The notes under the pieces were generated by a model. That model saw only the letters and a program-made list of their open reading frames with translations. It was not told the origin of the DNA and ran no database searches. Shown here piece by piece: positions 26,523 to 40,148 of a stretch of 64,000 nt of DNA. The stretch's first letter is position 1, and each line of letters begins with the position of its first letter. The position numbers and the translations under genes are program-made. Source of the stretch: the human T2T-CHM13v2.0 reference genome, Homo sapiens; assembly GCF_009914755.1 (NCBI RefSeq), contig NC_060937.1; one strand, written 5' to 3'.

Positions 26523-28649
26523 AGAAGTTTTTTTAAATACCCCAATTTTTTTCAGATAGACTCTTCATAGACCACAGTTTTTGTTCTACAAATTATTGCG
26601 ATTAGAGTGGGGAAATTTGTTACAGTTCAAAATTTTCTCCAAATATTGTGTTGCAACTAGTTTTGCTTTCTAGCCAATTTTATGCTCTTGGGAAGCAAGT
26701 TATCAGCAAACAAGTCTTCAAATGAAACACGAACTTTCACTTCCCCATGGAAGATCACTCTTCCACTTCAGAGGACACTCATTGCCCCCAAAGTTAGACA
26801 TGTGAGGGGTCAAGTCAATACTTTCCACGTATGGCATTCCATTCAACAATGTGTAATTCTACTTTAATAAATAAAGTGGATTAAAATGTTTGACAGTATT
26901 ACATCCTTGTGACAAACAACTTTCTTACTCAGAGCAAACAATAATGGATAGTAAAAGAGGAAGTGGAAAATGATTTAAATCATTTATTGGATGAGGAATG
27001 TAAACAAATAAAAAAATTAGACAGAAAAATGGTTAGCTGTTATTTGAAAGCCATCTTTACTGCAGCCAGTCTACCTAAAGAATCACGTCTGAAGTGATAC
27101 ATTTAGTAGTTTTTCTTTAAGGAATGAAAAAAAAACCCTTGGCTTTCTTTCCCCTTTACTCATGCTTATACAAAATGAAAGACTGAAAATCTACAAAATA
27201 ATTTAAATATAAAAGAAAATTATGAGGCTACCTTTTTGTAAAAGATATGCATATGAAAAATAAAAATCCACCCTTTGAACTGAGAAGTAATTTTAATAGC
27301 TTGTTGAAACTAAAGTCTTACAGCTGCGCTTGGTAAGCCTTTTTTTTCTATTCTTTTTTTTCTCATGCAAATAAAACCAAGAAAAACATACAGCCATGCA
27401 AACCCTACCTCAGACAAGTCTGAGAATGTATTATTTCTCAGAACTCAGTTGGATTTATGGTTATTTAGTGTGGATTCTGTTCTTAGAAGATAAATATAGG
27501 AAATAATTTCAAAAGGATAACACTTTTGCTTAAAACAAACAATTTTCTGGCTCTCCCCTTCTCGTACCATGCTGTGCCCCTAGACTTTGCTATTCTCATT
27601 TCTAATTCTTTTTTCTTCTTCTGTACTTCAGCTCTAGGCCGTAAGTGGCACTGATTATGCCATATGTCCTCATACACTTTTTGGTGTGAATTCATGAGTT
27701 CTGGGGCTCTGTATAAGGATGTGTAATAAAAGCCTCCTTTTTGCATCAGACAAAAGTTCCTCCGCCATTACTTAGATTTTCTCCTGGCTTAAGCCAGGCT
27801 TCCATTGCAAGGCATTAGCTCTATTCAAGTCACCAGTATATCATGGTATATCACTTAAACACCAGAGAAGTACACTAGAGTAGCCACTCAGGGACTGTGA
27901 CGGACACACTAGAGCTAAGTCAGATCCCAGCAAAACAAACTCAGAACCACCTGACACTTTATCTTTAGAGGTGGCAGGAGATTACACTGGAGGGCTTAAT
28001 TATTCATATGGAACTGGAAAAAAGGGTTGCAGGAAGCACTTTTTCCCCAAGCCCTCTTCCATGCTCCCATATACATCGCATGCATGTGTACATGTGCACA
28101 CACATGTAAATGTCAGGTGTTTACACACTATAAACAGGCTTGCAGTCAACTGTTGTTGGAAAGAGCTTTAGTTAAATGGAATGGTGTTTTCTTGTAGCTG
28201 TCACCTGATTATCTTCCTTCTTCCCCTGGGGTGCAGCAGCCCTAAAGAAATATCTTCCATTATCCAAAGCCAGGTATCTGTTTGGTTAGCATGCTTGCAG
28301 ATTTGTCTCTCGTGGACCGAGACACAGAAATATCAGGTTCGGCCTACTTTCCATATGACCAGTAGCAGGTGGAGTCAGGAAGATCAGGTTGGAGACACCA
28401 TATAGCAGGCTTCAGCTGGACTTGGCACATGGGCTCAGTAAGGTTTCAGTGGAACTGGGGTTCAATAGGCAGAGACTGCCCAAGGCAGACCCACTGGCAG
28501 GGCCAGCAGCATCAGATGGATTGTGGGTTGCTCAGAAACAAGAGTTAAGATCTGATAAGAGAATGAGGCACACTGGAGCTAAGGCTAGAGTGGGAACACA
28601 GAAGCAACTGTGGCAGAAACAAGGCCTGTTTCTAAGGAGGCCCTGCAAA

Positions 28650-29601
28650 TCTTGGGTTGACTTTTGCTGTTTTCCCCACCCAGCACCCACTCTCTCTTCT
28701 AGTGATTATAGCGCTCTGATTCTATTAGACCCACTCCTCCCTCACTATTCTACATGTGGTTCCAGAGAAGCCGACTTTTCCCTAGGGTCCAGGGTGAAGC
28801 TGGACTAAGCCAATCATTGCATTCCATCCCCCAGCCCCTGGGATTGGTTCAGGGATGGGCACAGTACCCAAATAAGGCCAACCAGGGGCCAATGACACTG
28901 AATTCCAGAATGACTGTTTGAGTAGATGGGAAAGTGGACTCAATATCTTTGGCTGGACCCAAAACCCAAAAAGATGTAAGGGCTGAATCTGCTGCCACTA
29001 TCTTATTACCATGTGTACTCTTTCTAAAGTCAACACAGAGAAAGATAGCCTTGTGAAATGGAGGGAGAGAGAAAAACTAAGCCTGAATGGCATTGTTTGG
29101 CCCCTGAGTTCAGCTGAACCTGAAGCCATCAAGTACTATCCTTAGTCTTTGCCATTATGTGGTTCAATAAATTCCGTTTTCATTTAAGCACCTGTATTAG
29201 TCTGTTCTCACGCTGCTAATAAAGACATACCTGAGACTGGGTAATTTATAAAGCAAAAAGGTTTATTGACTCACATTTCCACATGGCTGGGGAGGTCTAA
29301 CAATCATGGTGGAAGTTGAATGAGGAGCAAAGTCATGTCTTACATGGTGTCAGGCAAGACAGCTTGTGCAGGGGAACTTCCATTTATAAAACCATCAGAT
29401 CTTGTGACACTTATTCACTACCACGAGAAAAGTATGGAGGAAACCACCCCATGATTCAATTATCTCCACCTGACCCTGACCTTGACACATGGGGATTATT
29501 ACAATTCAAGGTGAGACTTGGGTGGGGACACAGGCAAACCACATCAGCTTTTTGGGTTGGGTCTCTTGTCATCTGCAATGAGATGGGTCATTTTCTGATA
29601 C
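28650..29601 (+). mobile_element. Old MaLR/ERVL LTR (MLT1J/K-like) interrupted by THE1
   Basis: GATTGGTTCAGGGATGGGCAC...CCTGAAGCC...CAATAAATTCC; resumes TTTGGGTTGGGTCTCTTGTCATCTGCAA...CTGATACA. Confidence 0.7.
29193..29546 (-). mobile_element. THE1C-like MaLR solo LTR
   Basis: TGTATTAGTCTGTTCTCACGCTGCTAATAAAGACATACCTGAGACTGGG...GGGTGGGGACACAG..AAACCACATCA. Confidence 0.92.
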
Positions 29602-31604
29602 AGGACTACATAGAATCTCTCTCATTACCAATTTTGAGCCAGGGTGGCTCAGGCTCCTTAAAAATGCCATAGTTGTACATTTTTTTTTCTCAAGTACCCA
29701 AAGGTTATACTCTCTGGATAAGAGAACAGGGAGAAGGTATAGGTGAACCTATGACTAGGCTGATGGTATGATCATAAGGATGATGCAGGAAGCCTTCATC
29801 CTCTCCTAATCACAGCATTTCTTGGGTAAAGATGGTCCAAGTGATACTTTCACAAGGACAGTTCTGGTGCAGGTGGGCCCAGCAGTCCTGCAGGATGGCC
29901 CAGCATTCAAACTCAGAGTAGGACCATGAGATATCCAAGCAGTGAATAGTTCCTGAACTTGATAGTTTGAAGTCTTGAAGGAGTAGTCAATCAGTCATTG
30001 AAAACATTGGTTTCCAGTGGTCACTGAAGGCCTCTGAGACGTCTGCATCTCAAGTATTCTTTAGTCCACTGCAAGTACCACCATGTGGCTGGATTTTTAT
30101 TGTCCAGACTGTGTGTGGTTTGTGAAGTATAACCTAGTAAATTTCTCTGGATTTTCCAGATTGTCCCATAACCTTTGTCTTAGTGTTTTCTGACCTGGTG
30201 TTTTCTGCTGTTTCCTACTCTTACTGGTTCAGAGCACATAGGCATGTGCCCGTTTGGCAGCAGTTTCATATAAAAGCTTACCCGGTATTAAGGAAACAGG
30301 TGCCCTCTCTGCAGGTCCATATACACTTCAGCCCTTGCTAGGAAATAGCTGAGCACTGCTGAGTCCCATCACACTTGACTCAGGTACTTGTAGAAAGAAA
30401 CCAGGGCTGGGACCCTAAGGCCTCAGTTGGTGGTTCTGAAAGCCCTGGTCATGGGGTATTAGGTGATAGATGAGATTTGTGTCCATGATCTTATTTCCTG
30501 TACCATGGACAGTGTGGGAACTGCCATCCCACTATGAAGGGCTGGGAGAAGGGCAGTGTTTTTGCTGTGGTATCAGTGGGTCAAGTCACAGTGGGCTGGA
30601 GCTGAGATAAGGTAGGATGTTGGCCAAAAAAGTCAGGGAGGCAGTAGCGAGGGTGGACAGATTTATTGGCAGAAGTGAGGCCATGGGCTTGCTATCAGAT
30701 GGAGGCCCTGACAGGACATGGAGGCTCTTTACACAAAAATCGAGTCCAGGGAGTGGATAGCACAGATCAGGCTTGAATAGCAAGGGAAATTAGGGTTGGA
30801 GAAGCAGCAGAAACAGGAGCAAGATCAGAAGCAGAACTGGGATCAGCCCCCATGAGTGGATTTATTACTTTGCCAGGACACTGAAGACAACTGCAAATGT
30901 GTATTTTCCCTTAGCCTACTTCTGGCATTGTTCTAGCTTTTGAGGGGTAAGACTCTGCATCTTTCTGAATCTCTTTTTCCCAAAAAAAACAAACAAAAAA
31001 CTGTGGGTGCTGGTTAGTATTCTCTAACTAGACCCCTACAGAGCTAATATGGGAAGTCTGGCTCCTCCAGGTGCTGGAGAGGGAGCAGGTTCTTCCAAAG
31101 CCTGGAATTCCCAGTGGATTCTTCCTATCTACACCTACTTAATCTTGGAATGTGAGTTCTTGAAAGCTTGGTGGGTTTTATTTAAGCCTCGAGTGTTGCT
31201 GTCAGAGAAATCACTTTTATTACTTTGTTTTCTTGGATAACAGAACGTTTTTTTAAGAACATGAAATTTCTCACTGGCCATTGCTATTTGAGTGTTTTAA
31301 GCAATAATATAATGTATATAATGCTACACATATTTTAGAATTTGTATCCTTCCTACTTACAATAGAGTTTGAGGTAACCTGAAAAATAAGTGTTCATAAA
31401 CTGAGACTATTGAAATTGAAAAAGAAAATTACAAACTATGCAGAAGGAGAAAACCAAACAGGTTACATTATCTGATATTTCTAAATAAACCAGGTCCTTG
31501 GGAGATACAATCTTTTTCCTGGTACTAAAAGGAACATATTGTGTGTGTATGTCCTAACACAAGGAACACAAAACAGCTTAGATAATATCTTCAATAGCAG
31601 TTTC

Positions 31605-31857
31605 AGAGATGATGGAATAGTGTTCATGAGTACGAGCTTTGATGGCAGGTTGTATAGGTTTAAATCCCAGCTATGCTAATTTCCAGTTGTATGTCTAGAG
31701 AAGTTACTTAATTTCCCTAGGTGTCAGTTCTTTAATTTGTAAAATGGAGACAATGGTAGAACCACTTTCATTTCATCTTGGGAAGATTAAATATATGAAG
31801 ATATTAAAGTAGTTTGTGGCACATGGTGTTTGCCAATCAATAAATGTTACTGTTCTT
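31605..31857 (+). mobile_element. MIR SINE, near full length
   Basis: GGTTTAAATCCCAGCT...AAGTTACTTAA...TGTAAAATGGAGACAAT...GGCACAT...CAATAAATGTTA. Confidence 0.8.
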
Positions 31858-32257
31858 GCTGTTTCTTGTGTGAATCCTCAATAGAGATGAAGGTTCGACA
31901 AAGGTCTAGTTCAAGAATTGCCCAAGGGCCTCTACAGATGAGTTTAGAGGCTCTAGGCTAACTATGTTTCATACTCCTCCTCATCCTTCAACTTTTGGGG
32001 GAACTTCCTTTAGAATCCCTGGCCTCCCCTTTCCCACAGACAAATTCTCTGCACCTCGTGTCCTCCCTGCCATCTTCCTGGTCTTGGACTCCCTGTAGCA
32101 GTGTTTGACTTATGCTTTCTGATGTCAGGGATTCCTATTCTGTTGTTCTTTTTACCCTTCCCTTCTTTTATACCTTGTGAAAATTAGCCTTTCCCAAGTA
32201 CTGACCTCTCAGAAAACTGACAAATAAACATAATAAACTAATTTAAGCCAAGGTGTT

Positions 32258-32691
32258 TGTGATCGTTAATCTTGTGTGTCAATTTGGCTAGGTTACGGTT
32301 TCCAGTTTGGTGAAACACAAGTTTAAGATGTTGCTGTGAAAGTATTTTTCAGATGGGATTAACAGTTAAATCAGTATACTCTGAGTAAAGCAGATCACCC
32401 TCCATAATGTGGGTGGTCCTCATTCAATCAGTTGAAGGCCTTGAGAGAAAAGACTGAGATTCTCCCACAGAAGGGGAGGAAGAAGGAAGGAAATTCTGCC
32501 TCCAGACTGTCTTTGGACTCAAGACACCACCACCAACTCCTGCTAGAATTCCCAGTCTGCATGTGTGCCCTGTGAATTTCTGACTTGCCAGTTCCCACAA
32601 TTACATAAGCCAATTTTATAAATGAAACTTCCTACATATATATATATATCTCCTATTGGTTCTGTTTCTCTGGAGCCCCCTGACTAATACA
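32258..32691 (+). mobile_element. MLT2 (ERVL) solo LTR
   Basis: TGTGATCGTTAATCTTGTGTGTCAA...CCTATTGGTTCTGTTTCTCTGGAG...CTGACTAATACA; TSD GTGTT / GTGTC. Confidence 0.9.
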
Positions 32692-34521
32692 GTGTCAATA
32701 CTTATCATGGGTAAATGTCTTATTTTCCTTGGTTGACATTTGCATTTTAATAAGGTCTCAGCTTTAAAAAGTGAGTGATGTGAACATTTCTGAACACCAT
32801 CAGAGAGCCAGTTAAGAGTGGAGGGGTACTTACTAGTGACTTTGAAATCACTTCATATAAGCAGTGGTCTATTCATGAGATGGCCCTGGGCTAGTTCATA
32901 TTTGGATTTATTTCCTCCTCCCTTGAAGCTGTGCATGGCACACATAGAAACGACTTTAGCTATTGGTGCATAACACACACATTTCTTTTAGTCTGGGTTA
33001 ATGTTTGGGAATCACATATAAATAAAAATAGCCTTTGTGTTGCTGTGTGCATCTGCTTTCAGTGTTGGTGTAATTCACCTGTTCATCATAAACATCATAA
33101 CAGCAAGGTTAACATGAATCATTGTTTCCTTAAGAGTCTGAAAGGAAACAAAATCAAATTTTTATCTGAAACTTCCTGGAAGAAAGCCAATCTTCTACCC
33201 ATTACATTAGGGCAGAAAAATCAATCAGTCTAAAGTCAAAGTCTTTTTCTTTTTTTGCTATTCATGTGAAAGACTCATCAATAAATCCTCCAGAGTCATC
33301 GTGGTTCTTACAAGGGTAATAATATTGCATCCTTTCAGAAATGGGAGGACAATGATAATGTAAGGGCAAGGTGGACTTTGGAAAAGAAATGAGCTCCACC
33401 TGAAATGTGATAAAATACCAAATGGTTTTGGTTTCTACAATGCAGACTATTATTAGGGGGATTTTTTTTTTTCTCTGCATGAAAATCTTGAAAATTTATA
33501 TTCATTGATAGAACATAGTTACTGTATTTCTTTTTTATTGTCAATGTTTTGACAATCACTTATTCTCATCCATTCTCACTCACTTGCCTGCTCTTTTTTC
33601 TGACTTTTGGTTTGCCTCGCGAGATCCTGGACATCATAAATTGCAAGAAGCAGAGGTTGTGATTCCATATCTTGCAATAGAAACAGAGCATCCAGGCAGT
33701 ATTCTCCATGACAATGAGGAAGGAAGTCTGCAACAGAAGAACAATGGCAGAAATTTTAAGAAAAGTTTACCGCCTGGGACTATGACTCACCTTTTGGGAG
33801 AAAATGTGACTAACCCTTTGTAAGAGCTTGTTGAGAGCTCACTTTCCTGGGAGGAGTCGGGAGAAGGGGAGCATCAGCTGACGAAGAGGTGAAGGAGGTA
33901 CCCAACAAGAAAAGCGTAGAAGGACCAGGGATTTGGGGTCGGGTCTTCCTCCTGATTCCAAGGGATGGCATAAGATATTGCCAAGTGAAGGAAGCGAAGT
34001 AGAGCCAGCAAAGGAAGGTGAACTGTTGTTTCATTAGAAATAATATGTTGTGATAATTATACAAAGTACTAATTAGTAAATTTCTTTCCAACCTCGACAC
34101 TCCAAAAATCCCTGTACTTATATCCCGAAGGCCTCTTCTTCCCCAAGCTGGAAGACACGGTCACTCATTAGTCACCCACTGTCACAGGAGTAACAGAGAC
34201 TACAAATATTGGACAGGACATAAGTGAGGGTCAAGCATCTGGATGCAGATGCATGACAGGATGCAAGTCTTCCCAGCTCTCATGGACTTTGCGACAGATG
34301 CACAGAGTGAGGTAGGGGAGGAGACGAGGGAGGATAGTGCAGAATGCCACCATCTGTAGCAAGGCACTTCCTTGGCAAGAGTGAGAGCTTGGCAGATGAT
34401 GAGTAGCCACTGACTGGTCATTCTTGCTGCTGTCTTGTGGACAATTTCCATTCTGTGACTCAGTTACTCCTAAGGGTGATGTGAAGGTGGGGATCTGTGT
34501 AGTGACAAGATGGGTCTAGAT

Positions 34522-34735
34522 TAGGGTTGCTAGACCCTGGCAATATTGATATTTTCAGCTAGATAATTGTTTGTGGGGGGCTGACCTGCGCATTGCAGTG
34601 TGTTTAGTAACATCTCTGAACTCTACTGGATACTCTATCAGCAGCATCATCACCCTAGTTATAACAACCCGAAATGTTTCCAGACATTGCCAAATGTCCC
34701 CCGGGAGGCAAAATTACCCCAGTTGGGAACCACTG
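34522..34735. mobile_element. MER20 hAT-Charlie DNA transposon
   Basis: AAATGTTTCCAGACATTGCCAAATGTCCCC...GTTGGGAACCACTG; 8-bp TSD GTCTAGAT / GTCTAGGC. Confidence 0.88.
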
Positions 34736-34849
34736 GTCTAGGCTGAATTAGTTTAAAATCTCCCACTGAACCAGGATAACAGTGAATAGACTTGTCCATT
34801 ACGATAATCACTGTATCTCTTAATTATATATGTATATATAAAATCTCGT

Positions 34850-35965
34850 AAACACCCCTCAAATCTGTCCTCTGTGCTCTGTCTCCAACACTGAGTTTGG
34901 AGCAGGCTAAGTTTTAGGCCTCGTTAGCCTGGACAACTGCTGCCTCCTAATGGGTCTCCTATATTCCCTCTTACCCTCCGCTATAGTTTGGATGTTTGTC
35001 CCCCTAAACCTCTTCATGTTGAAAGTCGATCCCCAGTGTTGGAGGTGGGGCCTAATGGGAGGTGTTTGGGCCATGGAAGTGAATCCCTCCTGAGTAGATT
35101 AACGCCTTCTGTGGGGTGGGTATGAGTGAGCTCTCATTCTTCTTAGTTCCCATGAGAACTGGTTGTTAAAAAAAAAAAAAAAGCCTGGAATTTCCCCCCA
35201 CCCTCAACTCTTGCTTCCTCTCTTCCAATGTGATCTCTGCACACGCTGGCTCCCTGTAACTTTCTGTCATGAGTGGAAGCATCTGCATCCAGATGCTTGA
35301 CTCAAACTTAGGTCCTGTCCGTGAGTGGTCCTCCAGGTGCAGATGCCAAATCTTGAACTTTTCTAGCAACAGAATCTCGAGCCAAAGAAACCTTTTTTCT
35401 TTATAAATTCCCCAGCCTCAGATATTCCTTTATAGCAACACTAAATGCATTAAGGCACCCTCTGAAAACCTATTCTCCACACTGAAGCCATAGTGATCTT
35501 TTAAAACACTTAAGGGCTTAAAGCCCTTTGGGCATTCCTATTTTCTTAAGATGAAGACAAAGTCCTTTGCTGCCTGGCATGGCCCTGTGTGGTCAAGCTG
35601 CTCTGCATCCTCCTCTCCTCCCATTACTCCCTTGTCTTTTGGGCCCCAACAACCTTGCCCCACTTTCATTCTTCCAGTGTGCTGTGATCCATCCAGCCAC
35701 ATGGCCTGCGCACATGCCATTCCTCTGCCTGAGAGATTGTCCCACTTATAGTGATATGTGCTTCTGGTGTTCATCCGTCAGCTCAGGCATCACTTCCTAG
35801 GGAGAGAGTTCTCTGACCACACAGAAAGAATCAGGCTCCCCCTGCCAAATGCACTGGTATCATCATGGAAGGCTCCTTTGTAGCACTTGTCACAGTCATG
35901 GTTTTACACTAGTGGGCAATTATGTAATTAATGTCTATTTCCTCTGGGTTGTAAGATGTAGAAGG
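34850..35965 (+). mobile_element. L2 LINE interrupted by MST LTR
   Basis: GCCTGGACAACTGC..CCTCCTAATGGGTCTCC; TATTCTCCACACTGAAGCCATAGTGATCTTTTAAAAC. Confidence 0.7.
34979..35457 (+). mobile_element. MSTB-like MaLR solo LTR
   Basis: GCTATAGTTTGGATGTTTGTCCCC...GGAGGTGGGGCCTAATGGGAGGTGTTTGGG...TATTCCTTTATAGCAACAC; perfect 5-bp TSD CCCTC. Confidence 0.92.
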
Positions 35966-36184
35966 CTAGTATTAACTGACTACCTCTCTCCTTCTCTTTA
36001 TCTTCTTTCCTTCTTTCCTTTTCCCTTCAGTTTTTAAGGATACGTGGCCACCCAGGGCTCTCTAAAATATGACATCCATTTTTTCAGTTATTGATCTCTC
36101 AACCAGCCTTTCCTTCTTTACCAACTGTAAGCTGTTCCCTAGCCCCTCCACTTTTCTGTGAAGAAATCTTTTGAAGGACTTTTC

Positions 36185-36477
<293 letters not shown>

Positions 36478-38825
36478 TGAAGGACTTTTCAATGCAGTCT
36501 TTTGAATTAAAGCTGCTGGCAAGAAGTGCTGGAAGCTCTCTTTGTGGGACCCCTCCAAGGTGAGAAAAAAAGTCCCAGTCTTTGGTTCAAAGGAAAGGTA
36601 GTCCTAAGCCTTCCAATCACATCTCAGCCACAGCAGTGCTGCCCAGGGCTCTAGCATGCATAACTGGTGATTTCTTAAAAAATCAGATGGTGGCAATTAA
36701 GTAAAATCTAATTCATGATTTTTTTTTTCAGACAAACTGTACTTTAGCAGAGCTTTTCACAGTAGGCAAGAAAAAAAATAGTTAATGGTAATGGCTGATA
36801 GTGGTATTTCTGATGGGTCGTGAACTTGTCTGGCTCCTCAGTTTCTGGTTTGTGGTTCTATCCCAAGTCTGTAATGACATATAAAATAATAGACCACTTC
36901 TCCTGGTCATTCCTCCTCATTGCAAATCACATTTCTCGAGACAACACATGGAATTTACAGGATGTAAACGTGTCAGTAAAAATGTGCCTCATTCAATAGA
37001 TTGCTACTGATTTAAGAACTCACACCTCATGTTCAACTGAAGCCTATTTCCGCCAACAGCTCCACTTTAAACAAACTCTCCTTGTTTCCATTTTGTCTAC
37101 CCTCCATCTCAGCCCCTGCAGGCTGTTGAAATTCACTATTTATTTCCATATAAATGCTTCAGAACGTGTTATACACCAAGGAGTAATGAAGCCTTGAGCT
37201 TTTCCAGTCTTGACAAGACAGTGATGGGAATATAGAGCTCATAATCATAATGCAGAAACAATAATGGGAATTTATTACAGATTTCTATAGGTTATATGAC
37301 ACTTTTCACATCCATTATTGCATCCCAATGACACCTGTGGGATGCAAAGAGAAAATTCAAGGCCCCAGGCATAGATGGAAGAGGTATTCTTCTCCACTGG
37401 AAATTCCCTTTTACTTGGATTTCTAGTGTTAGCTCCCGGGGCCACATTCTTGTTTGCTTTGCAAACTCAAGGAGAAATACTCACTGAGAAATTCACAGAG
37501 GAGCTAGATGGGGGATTTAGCTGTTGTCCTGGTAACTGGCTTAAAGTCCATGATTGCAGAGACTGCATCTGTTTTGTTCAACACCATATTCCTAGAGCCC
37601 AGCAAATATCTGTTCCCAGAAAATATCTGTTTATCTTCTGTATGTGTGGAAAGTAAACACAACATGGAGATGGATGGGAAACCGCCCATGTAGACGGGAA
37701 GTAAGAGAAAATGTGGAAAATGAGGGAGAGTGGCAACAGGTGAGCTTACATTATTTTCATTCATAATATTCCTTATTCAATTCTATTATCTTTCCCAGGC
37801 TGTCTTTAAGACACCTTCTTAAAGGGATTGCTTCTTAAGGGATTGCTATTATTTCCATTGTTCATAGCTGGAGAAGAAAGAACGTAAAGTCTGAGTTTCC
37901 TTGAGTGATACAGTGAGTCTATTCAATCCTTTCTCTGTTTCAAAATATTTTTGCTACTTTTTTTGACCTTAAGTGGCACACATCTGTCTAACATTGTTGG
38001 AAAGTTCTGTTAGGGACAAAATTGTGCTACTGAAAACATTGTAGTCTAGACTAGTGTAACATAGAGGAGTGATCAGTTCCCAATTTGTATGAACAAATTA
38101 AATTTCTCTTTTGAACTTCCATGACACTGGAAGCCTTAGTTCTGTTGGAAGAATTTTCCTGGCACTTGGAGATGGAAGTTTATCCATCTTTGTTTTTTCT
38201 TCTCCACTAATGTATAGTAGACATCAACAAAGGAATATGTTATAAACACTTTCTTAAGAAAGGGAGATGTCCATTAAGCACTGATTGGATGCCCTGCTCT
38301 TTAAGATGTGAGGAACTGAAAATGCATGGTCCACTTTTTGCAGCTCAAATGTGGTGACAAAGCTAAGAAGTTAGGTAAGGACAGTATATTGCACAATAAA
38401 AAGACTGGCTTCTGATTCTCCTCCGAGGTTCAGGGCCTCAACAATTGCCTGCCACTCAGGCTTCTTATATTTGCCACTCCCTGCTTCTATCTCTTTTCTA
38501 ATTCCCAGGCTATGTCATGGTTCTAAAGCTACAAAATCACATCACAAAACACACATACACAAGCAATTCCGTGGCTACTCATGATCTAATGGAACCACTC
38601 CACTGATTTTTTGAGTCTGAATCACTTGCTGCTAATTTGCAGTCTGACTTCAATTAGAACACTAACCTTGTTGTCCTTTTTTTTTTTTTTTTTACATTTG
38701 CCACTAGAAGATGTTCTTACTCATGCCACGATATAGGTCTAGGAGATTTAGGGAGATGTAAAGAAGAAGAAACGAGTCATGTTTTCTATTCCCAGAGGAA
38801 ATTCAAATGCACTTAGAGTTGCTCC

Positions 38826-39180
38826 CATATTTCATTGAATCTGCATCACTATTGTTTGTTAATTTCAGAATTACTTTATACTCCATGAAAAAAACAACAT
38901 GCAGCCAATTAAACTATGACACAATGCTGCTTCTTTCTTTGAAAAAAAAATGAGATTCTACAAGACATATTGTTGAATTTATTTTTATTTTTTAGAAATG
39001 GGAGTCTCATTATGTTGCCCAGGCTGGCTTCAAACTCCTGGCTCGAGGGATTCTTCTCACTTACAGGCATGGTGGTACATGGGACCACAGGCATGAGTCA
39101 CCATGCCAGGCCACAATGCTGCTTCTCACAATAATTTTAATACATATTTTTATTTCAGAGATGTTAAAATGTGAAAAAAA
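38826..39180. mobile_element. TcMar-Tc2 (MER104/Kanga-like) DNA transposon relic hosting a FLAM
   Basis: CATATTTCATTGAATCT start; TATTTCAGAGATGTTAAAATGTGAAAAAAA. Confidence 0.5.
38935..39112 (-). mobile_element. FLAM Alu monomer with extra 3' sequence
   Basis: Monomer 38978-39112; perfect 14-bp TSD ACAATGCTGCTTCT (38921-38934 / 39113-39126). Confidence 0.85.
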
Positions 39181-40148
39181 CTCAACAAAACATACATGTT
39201 CATTTCACCTATTGTTAGAGCCAGTAATATGGGCATTCCCAGTGAAAGCTACATTTCATGCTTTATAAAGTAGGCATTGTCAATGATATGAACTAGTATT
39301 TCAGAAACATTCTGTTTTATCACAATTATCATGTGAATTCTGAAAGAACTGAAAGCTTGGACCTTCTGACGGCTGTTTTCCTGAGTGTGGATGGACACGG
39401 TCTAATGCTCAGCATTTCACTTACATTACAGTTTTATTCTGCTTCCATGAGCCCATTTATTTGTTTTAAATCCAACATTCTTTCTATGAGAATTTCTTTT
39501 AAAATAATAGCCACTCTTTGGTGCCGTCCACAAATAACCAGCCTTGCACACTTGCTGCTGACTCGGCACTGCCAGTTAAACAGCCTGTTTCCCAGGGCTG
39601 TCGGGGTTCCTTCCGTCCCGCTTGAGGGATGCTAGGGCTGAGTGAGCCAGGACGTTGCAACCCTAACTGGCTTTGGAGGTACAAGCTTGTCAGTCAGGCT
39701 GCTGTCAGTCTCTGTTTAAAGGTGCAGTGAGGTTGATATTTTCCAAGGGAAAAATAGAAAAGTGTGGCTTGCTTCCTTCTTTTGTTTTATAATAGGAAAC
39801 TTTGCTTGGTGAAGAATAGTTACATTCAAAACTGTGAGAGGTGGGTTAAGAGCCACTGTGATCGCTTTCGTCAGGAATGGTGACAGAATTTTGATGGTTT
39901 GCTTACTTGTCAATCAGCCTGGCTTTTGCCTGGGAGCAAGGCATAGGAGCTGTCAGGACAGAGGGGCGGGATGGAGAATGCTCTACATTCCTCTGTCAAT
40001 TTGTGTAACAGTAGCTATTATTTGCTGCAGGCTTACTGTGTGCCAAGCACTGTTCTAAGCAATTCACAAGCTTGAGCCACTTATTTCTAATAACACATAC
40101 AATAGGTGGGTAATAGTACTAGCCCATCTCACCAATAAGGAAACTGAG

